Positions 10,750-21,425 of a DNA stretch of 64,000 nucleotides are shown in pieces (the stretch's first letter is position 1; every line of letters starts with the position of its first letter). The stretch is from Klebsormidium nitens (Eukaryota; Plantae; Klebsormidiophyceae). A program made the translations under genes and the position numbers. The stretch covers positions 1-64,000 of the forward strand of contig DF237263.1 of the NCBI GenBank assembly GCA_000708835.1, read 5' to 3'. The notes under the pieces were generated by a model. The model had not been told where the DNA came from and did no database searches. It worked only from the letters and a program-made list of their open reading frames with translations.

Positions 10750-13700
10750 CTACCTGAAGGATTGAAAGATGACGTCAGTGATGTCGACTGAGTAAGCCGC
10801 GATTAGTTGGAGGAAGTTCCTGGAAGCAGACTTTACATTCAAACAGCAGCGCCGCTCGTGCGCAAGGAAACGGGCGATGCCGTTTGCAGTTTTTCGCCTC
10901 ACAAAAGAATATGTCATTTGCCTCATACCGCCAGAGCCGAGAAAATGCAGGCACTCGCAACTTTGAAGGTAGGTAAAATCGCGATCATCACCACAAAGAA
11001 AAACGCGCTGGACACAGATCTGTTGCCCGCTCCGCTCAAACAAAACTTGAGAAGTCCCAAATTACCCAGTAAAAACGTCCCTGTTCAACAACAGTCGACC
11101 CAACATACAAAATCAAGCGATAGAGTACGCAACGGGCGACTACTCACAGCATCGCCAGCAGGAGACGGTCGCCCCGATCAGCAGGCACAGCACGCCCAGC
11201 GCTATAAACCAGTACTTGATAGACACCCCGAGGACCGTCCGCGGAATCTTGGCCGTCCAGGTGTCCGTGCCCGCGTTGGCCTCCAGGATCCGGATCTTGG
11301 AAGAGGTGACGTCACCAAAGGAGTCGAAGAAGGTATTTTTCGCGAAGATGGATGCGGGGTCATTGCTGCCAAGAAAGAGAGCTGAAGGGTTGAGGATTGG
11401 AAGACAGGTTTATCAGTGTGCATACAAGGAGTCCCTTTCCTTTGACCTTGATATAAACATTCAAATGTCATCTCTTCTGGAGAAACCTAGAAATCTTGGA
11501 AGGCAGAACGCTTACTGTCACGCATCAGGCGGCCGATGACGTTAGCATTTTGCCGTGTGACGCAACTACGCTTCGGGCACGCATACCATAGTATCACTGA
11601 AGCAAGGTGGTTTCCTTGGCGCCTCTTCCTATAGGAGAAACTACAACCGCAAAGTCAATTGGGCTCTTTTGAGCGTCATTACTTCTTTGAACCTGATCCC
11701 CAGCGAACTCATTCTCCGTCGCGTCTCTCACCTCAGCGTGTTCGCGAACGCGGCCGCGGCGTCGCGCGCGGCTTGGAGATTCGCGCCGCTCGCGGGGCCG
11801 AACGCAACGGTAGAATCGACGGACACGCCGCTGCCCTGGTTGATGCCGTTGACCGTGACCTGGGAGAGAAAGGTGACGTCAGGACTTGAGAGAAGGGTGA
11901 CGTCAGATCAGTCGCAGGATGCCAAGCTGTTCATCAGAACGAGGGGACGTGTGACTAATCGGGCAAAGGTGTTCCTGTGGTGGATCCGTTCATTCATTGT
12001 GATGCGCACGGACTGGGCGAAAAGCGAAACGCTGAGATAAGATTGCAGAGGAAGGAAGAAGAGATACATGAAATTTCTCCCTTTACACGTTCTACTTGAA
12101 ACGAAAATTGCGGCGCTCATCTCAAAAAGCTGCGACGGCTCAAATTGATGAAGCGGATGCTTGTAACTTTGAACCTTTTGCCGCGTTTTCCGAGACAATA
12201 AAAGCTAGAAGCTGCAAAGCGACGCGGCTTACCGTGATCTTGCCGCCGTAGCCGGTGGCATGAGCCGCTTGCGTCATCGTGGCGTCAAAGTTGTTCTGCA
12301 TAGGCCAGATAATTACCTTGTTAGCAACGTATTCCAAGTGTCCTGGTCCTCCAAGTCCACCCTTCTAAAAAGTACCCTCGTTTGCGTAACGTGACCAACG
12401 AAGGAGATGACCGGAGGGGGCAAAATGTGATCTTTGCGGCCTTTTTAGCGATCAAGCTGTTCAAACCTTTCCACAATCACTATACGCTATGCATTATCAT
12501 TGTTAGAGGGCCGCTATCCCCGGAAGCGTCTCCTAGTTCATTGGAGAGCGCTCAGAATGCGGATGAGAGTTTGAGTCTTCGATCCGACGAGGAAACTTCC
12601 TAGCATCTTCAATGAAAATCTCGAAGCAACGTTCGACCCGCGACGAAACGCTCCCCGCTCGCACGCCCCCGCGCGTTACCACCCACCTGGAACGTCGTGT
12701 ACTGCTGCTGAGTGCTCGCCATTCCCCCGGAGAACCGCACCGTGCTGGTAACCTGCATAAGCATCGACTCTCCGCCGCTGTTACTGACAACCGGGGCGGT
12801 GATCGGGGGCTGGGCCGGGGAGTCCGCTTCTCCGGTCGTTCCGGGCACTTTGCAGAGGCCGGAACGGGAGTCGCAGACGGTTCCGTTGGCGCAGTCGGAC
12901 GGAACGCACGCCGGCTGGCCGCAGTTGTACCCGGCGTAGCTCGGGAAGCAGTGGCACGTGCCGTTGTAGCAGTGGCCTGCGCGCGCGCGCGAGGGGTTGA
13001 TAAGCTATGGGTTGGGGAGAAGAGATGGTCACACGCTTCTGAAGCAGATTCTTGTCCACGCGCCCAAGAGGGGACTCTTAAGTGATTATGAAAGGGCCAG
13101 AAGCAGGGGCGTGCATCAAAACGGCGGCCTCGCGATAAGGAGCATACGTTATGGGGGAAGGAGGCGAAGGGAGCGTAGTAAGAGAAAGAAAGTTCCACAT
13201 GCAAGCCAAGAAAGGGTTTTCGACGCGCCGCGTGGGGGCTATTCACCGGGTGATCCAAGAGGGGGACCAAAGTCAGTCTGCACGCTTCTCACCTTTGACG
13301 CTGCAGTCATCGAGGCACATATTGTACAGAAGATTAGCACGTGCATATCGAGCACTGGCTTACGCGCGCGCAGTGACTAGAAAAGAATCGGAGACGGACT
13401 GCGTGCTTCTCACCTTTGCCGCTGCAGTATTGGGGCGTGTATTGTAACAGAAGACTAGCACGAGCCTTTAAGCACTGATATACGCGCGCGCGTGGGTGAA
13501 ATAGTGGAAAGATCATACTTTACTTGGCTCTCACCTTTGCCGCTGCAATCATCGGGGCACATATTGTACATGCAAAAGTCCGCCGCGGCGGGGCAGGGCC
13601 CGATGGTGCCCCGGGCGAAGTACTTGCGGGGCAGCTCAACCTCCTGCGAAGACGAAAATAACACAGTTTTTAGCAATTCTAGCAATTCGGAGCATATTCA

Positions 13701-16700
13701 AGTTCTTGAGAGGAGGCTTTCCTATGGGGACGATAAGTGGGCTCCGAAGGAGTTGTGACACCTTTTGGAAATTCATCTTCTTACCAGGGTATTGCATCAA
13801 AAGCAACCGGACTACGAGCCGCTAAAGACGGTGGTTGTTTTGAAGAAATTAAGCGGAGCGCCTGCGTCTTCTGCTTGGTTCGATTACGAGAAACGTGCAA
13901 ATCGACGAGCCCTTTTGCAGTCGTCAACAGCACAGGCAATACAAATACATTTGTAGAATTTGCTGAGATGTGGCTTAAAGTACATCAGATCGCCGTCAAA
14001 ATGGTCACGTAGCAACGAAGGTGCAGAAGAGTCCGCACGCAATCCCTAAAACCCTAAGAACTCAAAATTTAGGACCAAAAATCTTAAAATCGCTACGGGA
14101 TCTCACCACATTATCTACACACTGCAACCAGGCCCCCGGTGCGACTTCGACGTACAGGGACGGCGGCGCTCCGCGTTTCCCCGGTACGCACCGCTGGGGG
14201 TAGCAACCCGCCGACTGCGCGTTGCTGTTGCCGACTTTTTTGATCCAGGGGTCGGAGCCGTGCTGGAAACACCTGCCCGGGGAAAGGTACGTACCGGTCA
14301 AAAGAGGGCTTGCGAGGATGTAATTGCTTTCTCATTGCCTCTGGAAATCTCTCTGGACGAGACTTAAAAAAGTAGACCAAAAGCCAAACCGCGAGCGCCA
14401 CCGCCGGAACCTTCTTTTGGCAGCTTCTCGCGCTTTATCAGTCGTGGCTACCGTTCATAAAGCTGGATTGAAGCTTCCCAAACTTGCGAAGATAATTAAG
14501 GCAGCTCGTGTAGGGTAACCCCCGTCTCCACGAAGTTGGATGCGTGGCCCGACTTGTTCGAAATGGCAGTCGTGATTGACACGCGACCCGATGAAAAACT
14601 TCGCCGGAAAAGGGCGCCCCCTTTTCCCGTTCGCGCAACGTTGCAGCTATCACTGCTCGGTACCGCTTCTCACGAGCAACTGTCCTGATTCAAAGAGAGA
14701 GCGTGCATGAAAGAGATCCACCTAAGTCGATTTTGACAACCTCACAGAAGACCTTACAAAACCTTTCAAGCAGATTACAATGTGCTCACCTCGACGCCGG
14801 CCCAAACTGCATCCCAACGGAGACTGCGTCCGTCTGCATCTGCCCTAACAACGGCGCCGTACAGCCGTAGTTATTCCATCCAATCACGCGCTGACACCCG
14901 TCGTCCGTACACGACCCCGAGTCCGTCGGCGAATCGCCGCACCCGTCGCAATAGCCGACCGCAATCGCGTCGTACGTGCACTGGTAGCCGGCCGCGCCGG
15001 AGCCGCCGGCCGCGCACTGGTACTCGGAGAAGACGGCCTGCCCCGCTGCAGGGGGTTTAGGAAGGGTTCAGGATTGAGGATATTCTGAAAGAGGATGACT
15101 TTGGTGAGTCTGTTTGGGTCAATTTGAAGAAGAAGTAGGCTGGGGAGGCGACAAAGCCAATGTCCTTATGTGCTTGGTTTGACTGGAATGCGAAATGGTT
15201 TGAAGTAGCTCAGCTTCCTGATATGGCCTCCTACCGATGCAATCGTTTTCGTTGGTTTCTCGTTTTGCAATTGTTCTGCTCATATTTCTGTTCTCATTCA
15301 GCGCCCATACCTCGAATCTAGCGCCTCCGCGCTCGCGAAATCGTGACTAAAAACCTGCCGCTCTCACCCGAAGAGGAGCACGACTTGTAGGCAAAGTCGC
15401 AGCCCTTGAGGCGGCCGAACCGCAGGAACATGCCCAGTCCGTAGTCCGGTGCGTACCACCCGCTGTCGTCCAGCAGCGCGAGCGTGACGTTGGAGTACGC
15501 CTGCGTGTTCACCTGCGACGCGCCCTCCTGCGGAGACGTGGACGTTCAGCTTAGTGTTCTGTCGATAGGGTTAAGGGATTCTTGTGCAAATTGACCCAAA
15601 AGTTGTCTTTGTCGTCGGTAATGCGCGAGCGTGATGTTGGAGTACGCCTGCGTGTTCACCTGCGACGCGCCCTCCTGCGGACGCGTGGAATCGTGTCAGA
15701 AGGGCGTCCGAGGTACAACTCTACGCCTGATTTAGCAAGTTCGTCTGATCCAGCAGCGCAATTCCTGAACTTGTTCGCGGCCGACGCCCCATCCTGTGTA
15801 TGGGTGTTAGTTCAGGGTTCAGGTATCGCGAGTGTCTAACTGCTGAAGAGCCAGCTCCAGATTGCGCTGAGCTGGTAAAGTGATCCATCCAGACGAGCCT
15901 GGAACGGGCATTGGAACACAGAGGTGGCAATGAAGACGACAGGCTCCTGACCATGATCTCTCCGTGCAGGATTCGCGCTTCCCAATGGCTCCCCGCCGTG
16001 CTAGGCCCGCCTCCGTTCTCGAGCTCGACTCCGTTCAGCTTGCTGCACCCGAAGTGTGCCCTGCCCATGGCGATCACCTGTGGCACGCAAAGGGACAGAT
16101 TAACATTTCAGGAAGACAGGAGAGGAGCGTTTTGTGGGAGAGCACGGTTGAAGAATGTTGTATCGGTCTGAGGAGCCGTTCTCTGAGCCACCGAGCAGCT
16201 TCGTGTGCCAAAGCAGATACGGGGCCGGGTCCCAGGTCCAAAAGTCCGGAGATCAATGGAAGTCAAGCAGGGTCACTGTGAAGACTTTCGGCCAGACTTG
16301 GGTCTGACGGTTTCCACCAATCTGGTGACGTCACCGGCCTTACCTGTGGCGTCACGATCTTGCGCACGGTCGTCCCCCGCTCTTGGAACGTCCCCACCAC
16401 GGCGCGGACGTCCGGCCCCTGCTCCGAGAAGTAGCGCGAGCTGTCGGGCCAGCCGCTGTCCGCGCGCGGGACGCGCGGGTCGCCGTTCTCGTCGCGGAAG
16501 TACGGGAACAAACTGTCGCTGAAGGCCAGGACGTGCGTCATCTCGTGGAGAGTTATCATCAACTGCAAGAGAAGTGGGTGAAAATGGTTGTCAAGATCTA
16601 TTCTTTGCGAAAAGCGAACCCGGGTCGACGCTCTCGTCGCAAAAATGTGGAAACAAACTGTCGCTGAAGGCCAGGACGTGGAGCGTGATATCAACTGCAA

Positions 16701-19700
16701 GAGAAGTTGCGGATATCAAGATGTTCTCTCCGCGAGAAGGGAATCCTTCTTCGACCTCGTTTTGAAGGTCATTGCAAAAAAAGATTGCCCCTGGAAGGCC
16801 AGAACGTCTGCCGCCTTGTGGAGTTTGGTTATCAGTTGGGAGAGAAGGTTTTGATTTTGGAAATTGAAGGACGCAGTTTGGACAAGCGAAACGTATCGAG
16901 TTTCAAAAAAACACCGGGTAAAAGGCGTCTTATGAGCTGACTGGCGTTGGATTGGAGACTAAATGCGCGAACTAGAGAACAAGTCCTTTGGAAGAAATGA
17001 AGCATAAAGATATGCGAGAACCGTGAATCGAGGTTTGCATTTTCTTGAAGATTGACTCCTTTCGTTCGAGAGGAGTGAAGAAGGGACTGCAAGCTGAATT
17101 TAAAAACTCCAGGCCTGCCACTTTCAATCTTTTACCTCTCCATCCGGGTTGTTGCTATCCGTCTCCGAGAAGTATCCCGGGCAAAACTTGATGTTGCCCG
17201 CGAGCCGCCGATCGGTATCGAGATCGAACATGCACACGCCCGCGTGCGCATTCAAGACACATTTAATTTGGTCTCATCAGTCCAAATGTCTTTCCATGTT
17301 CTTACCTCGCCATCCGGGTTGTTGCTATCCGTCTCCGAGAAGTACCCCGGGCAAAAATTGATGTTCCCCGCGAGCGGTCGGTCAGTATCGGGATCAAACA
17401 TGCACGCGCCCGCGTGCGCCGCCGTCGAGGCCCCGCATTCGGGGGTGGCCTTCGAAGTTATGTACACAATCAGGTCGGCGTTCTTGACTCCGGGGCCTGA
17501 CGGAGTGGTGACGCAGTGGAACGCATCGGACCGGTCGCAGGTGGTCACGTTGTTGAGGTGCGCGGGGTCGATAACGGCGTCCTGGGATCGGACGGTGGAG
17601 AGGGAATTAGAGGAGCATCGGACGGTGGGGATGGAGTCAAGAGGGAGTTTGGAAGCGGCTCATCTGCACTGTTCGCTGCCAAGAACAATGCTGAATCTGT
17701 GCGAGCTGAGAAGGCGCCTACCCACCCCTTACGTGAGAAGCAAGCAGACCAGGGACGAGCTCAGGAGAGACCCAAATTACAAGGAGATTTGGACCCGAAA
17801 AGATCCGACATCCGAAGAGTCTCAGGCTAGATGAGGCGGTCAAAAATGGCTGAAAGAGCTTTTGAACAGCGGAAAAGTATTGTATGAGAAGTTTGCCAGT
17901 CCATTCAGATTCACGACATGATAGAAAAAAAAAAAGTCGGATTGTTACTTTCCAAACGATGCAGGACAGTGTTACCGGAGCTCGAATACCCAGACCTGTC
18001 AATTGCAACAGTGAAGGAAAACTATCGAGGTCTTTCTGAAAGCGGGGCTTTGGCGGGTTGCCATATGATCATGGGTATCCCGCCAACCGACCAACCAAGT
18101 TGCCCTTGGTTGATGTGATCCCAACCGGCTTAGACTCCGTTCCTCGCCGGATGAGTCGTGTTCCACCTGTAGTTTCCACAACTTGTCAGTGGCGGCAGGA
18201 TCCCTCAAATAGTGAGCTATGTGTTGGCTGGTAGACTCGTAGAAGAAGGGCTCGACTTACGAGACACGTGGGGGAGACGCGTTCGGGACACTCGTACACG
18301 GGCAGGCCTTGCATGTTCCACCGTTGCCATTGCTGGCACTCGAGCTCCAGCTTGAGCGGGCCGACCACCGGGCGCTTCACTTTGATGGCACGTTCCAGCC
18401 ACCTGCGCGCAGCCAATGCAGGCCCTCAGCTAAAAGGACGTTTCAAAAGAGGGCGTGGCGATTATAAAAGAAGCGGCAACAACAAGTCGAAGAAGGCTGG
18501 TGTTCGGTCGCCAAAGCAAACCAAGTGGTCGTCAATCTTTGGCGACAAAGAGGGCGCTGTTCTGTGCCTTGTGTCCGCTTCTGACGTTACTGCGAACGTG
18601 TCCGCCTATGCCTTCTTGAAGTGCTTTGGAACCGTGGATGGTGTTGTCTGGAACTCATCCTGACCAAAGGAACTGTGAGTTTGTCACCAGCCTTGGGAGG
18701 AGGTCTACTCACAAGTACGTGCTATTTAACGTAGGAACTCACTTTGAACTTGTTGCATTTAAGCCCAAAAAGTGGGTTCGACAAGTTTAAATCGGCGTTC
18801 TGTGGCTTCTGTATCAGTGCCAGCAGGTTCTCTCATCGATTCGGGCCTGGCCTCGTATGCTGTGCGTCATTGACGGAACACCTTTTGACACCACCTCGTT
18901 TACGCTGCTGATTGAGCCCATGGCTGCTGAGACATGTCTCCGGAATATGCAAAGGAACAACAATATGTGCAATCGGAAAGCGGGTGCGCACCTGATGGCG
19001 GTCGGAACAAGGTTGTACTGGATGTAGTCTGCGTGCTCCGTCATTAGACCAGACAGGTTGAAACTCTGCGCCGAGCAATGAAAAGCGCTTTGTGTCAACT
19101 GTTGTAGGTTTGGGCTCCAGCCGAGAGCTTCCACAGCAACATCCGTCAGTCTCCTGGCCCAACAATTTGTTGTTGCGGAAATGAAGCACTTCAACTAAGC
19201 TTGAGCGCACGTATATTTCCGTTGCCTTCAGCAGACTTCAAAAGAAAGTCTGTTGAGAAGGGCAAACTCATGACCGCTCCTCTGCTACACTCGTGAATCG
19301 TGATTCTCACCGGAACAATCCGAATGGGAGCTGGCTTGGGTTCTGCCAGCAGCCGCCTCTTAGGCTGCCCCTGATCCCCCTGTTGCATGATGTTCCTGCA
19401 GACCGGTAGGCCACAAATATCAGCCCCACTCTTCCTGGAAAGAGTTTCAGCTGTTGCATGGCCGCTGGCGCATAATCTGAGCTTCAACTGCAAAAGTAAC
19501 TTATCACGACATTACTAGAGGCGGCCCCTCCCGCTTAGATCTTCCAGAAACGACTCAAGAGTTCAAAGTCACTGAAAATCGCCTAGGGGCTTCCAGATGC
19601 TGCGGCTCAGAGGCTTCTTCAAGCTGCTATATCAAGCTTGGCAGCACAATTACCTCTGGACTGTCATCTGCGACGCGTACAGCAGGGTTTCTTCCTACGC

Positions 19701-20110
19701 TTACTGTCTTGTAACATTTGAAAGTGTGTGAAGACAGAAAAGGTCAGGAATTGCTGACGCGCATACCTGACTTCCTGACTCCTGTGCCGCCTCCTGTGGA
19801 TCTCAATGATCCTGGGGACCATGTGACTGTCGTGCACGCAATTGTGTCCTGTCTGGTGAAAGCTCTCATACACCGCCACCGACATGTTGGCGGACGCCCT
19901 GGACTCGTACCACTGGCGCGCCTCCACACGTCCAAAGTCCACTAAAAGAAGCAACGACAAGATGACTAGAAGTGAATACTGGTCTGAGAACACTCGCTGA
20001 CAAGCAGCCACCTTCAGCCACTTTGTTGGAGTGCCCCTGTGCTCTTCCTTTGGACCTGCGCAGAGTCCAGCATCCAAGTTTCCCTGTCTGAAACCCTCGG
20101 GCAGGCCCAT
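10750..20110 (-). CDS. LMLN: Leishmanolysin/invadolysin-like (peptidase M8) zinc metalloprotease with Cys-rich/EGF-like, SEA-like and C-terminal TM segments; about 15-16 exons; both ends uncertain
   Basis: HEMTH zinc motif (16533-16547) in LMITLHEMTHVLAFS. ELENGGGPSTAGSHWEARILHGEIM (third His and Met-turn, ~15955-16030). GVKNADLIVYI, CMFDPDTDRPLAGNINFCP, and YSNVTLALLDDSGWYAPDY..LRFGRLKGCDF are M8 motifs. N-terminal hydrophobic YSLLVILSLLLLVDF. EGF-like CPDDCSGKGHCYNGTCHCFPSYAGYNC. TM YWFIALGVLCLLIGATVSCW (~11150-11215). The last exon may be 10750-10790, or the ORF may stop at 11140. Confidence 0.9.
13275..13575 (-). repeat. Tandem ~120-bp intronic repeats containing copies of the 3' end of a peptidase exon plus its GT donor
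   Basis: TGTACAATATGTGCC..GATGA.TGCAGCG.CAAAG|GTGAG is present at the real donor (13535) and in two downstream copies (~13410-13447 and ~13290-13327). Confidence 0.85.
15475..15800 (-). repeat. Duplicated acceptor + exon start (EGASQVNTQAYSN) in peptidase intron
   Basis: CCGCAG|GAGGGCGCGTCGCAGGTGAACACGCAGGCGTACTCCAAC.TCACGCTCGCG at the real acceptor (~15528) and in a copy at ~15623-15680. A third degraded copy lies at ~15745-15798. Confidence 0.85.
16505..16810 (-). repeat. Duplicated acceptor + HEXXH exon start in peptidase intron
   Basis: CTTCTCTTGCAG|TTGAT...CTCCACG...TCCTGGCCTTCAGCGACAGTTTGT at the real acceptor (~16562) and in a copy at ~16653-16706. Weak third trace at ~16790-16808. 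Confidence 0.85.
17130..17420 (-). repeat. ~115-bp duplicated exon end + donor in peptidase intron (offset 170 bp)
   Basis: 17302-17419 (AHAGACMFDPDTDRPLAGNINFCPGYFSETDSNNPDGE|gtaag) is repeated at 17132-17249 (AHAGVCMFDLDTDRRLAGNIKFCPGYFSETDSNNPDGE|gtaaa). Confidence 0.9.
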
Positions 20111-21425
20111 CTTTGCTGGCTGGGAGCCTGTAAAACTCCGCCGTCTAGGTCTCCCCTGAATCCAATCTGCATGACATTCAAACTCTTGGGTCTGTATACT
20201 GCTCGCAAAGAAATCATCAAATCCGGGCTACTGTCTGATGCCCCTCTGATGCTCCACTTTTTCAATGTGCTTCATAGATTGTTCGTGGTGATCGCCCCTC
20301 AACTCACAGTCGCAGCAAGGACGCGGAACCGGCTGTGACTAGCAGACAACCTACTTCCTCTGAAGCAGCTTCCTCTTTTTATTGAACAATGCCGATACCT
20401 AAACAGGACCTGAAGGCTCTGCAATACAGGCTTCCTTGTGGTTGATGCCCCAAGCTGACACACAACAAGATATGCCATTTTATCAAGCTACTACCGTATA
20501 TGCGGCCAGAGAGACAGCATAGATCTCCCGGCTGCCGAAAATGGCCGCTGCCAAGAACATGCAAATGCTGCTGATACGGGCACATGCCAAAGCTGTAGGT
20601 ACCTGAACGTACCTATTTGTAGCGCCCTCTTGGGAACTCGCTTTCACATGCAGTGGAGGAAGTACTCAAATTCGTACAGAGTGAGATCAAGTTTGCGGAA
20701 ACCGCGGCCGCAGATGTATTCACATTGAACCGGGCTGTCGCCGTCGGCTCTGGCCGCAACCGCCGGCCGGGGTAGCTGCGCAACTGACCTTGTCATGTGT
20801 GAATACCCTCGGAACAAGCGTTCGGCGAATCACCTGTAAGCAAATTGGATTACGCGCGCGAAGCACAATTACGCGCGGCTGTCGGGCAATCAACATTGTA
20901 CCTATGAGCAGCCACCTGCAATAATCTCAGGGAATCAGGTCTCCAGCAACAGTGCTGGCAGCTGCATATAGCGGGTCATCATGCGTACTGAAGATTGATC
21001 CTGATCCAGATGAACGGATACTTGGAGACAGGGGCCAAGACAAAGGAACTGGATGGACTCAAAGATGGGCCCACGGTTCGACCTGAGATGCTAGCTTGAA
21101 CTCCTGCCCAACCCTGAAGTTGAAGATACCTACATGCGTTGCACTAGAAGCCTAATCACGATATCACTAGGGTGTAGCTCGTGACCAGCTCCTGGTAAAA
21201 GAAAGAGCAGAGACCATATGTACGGAGGCATCGGGAATGTGTTGTGAAACATTGCAAGGCCGCTGTAGCTTTCATACAGGCAGTCTGCTCTAGAATATAT
21301 GCAAGGAGAGGCATGCTCAGAGTCAATGCTGTGTTAAGACAAAGTTAATAGGCTGTAAGGAGCAGCACAAGGGCAGCATGCACCTGACAACTGCTGAGAG
21401 CGGGGAGAAGCTGTAAGAAGGGGCA

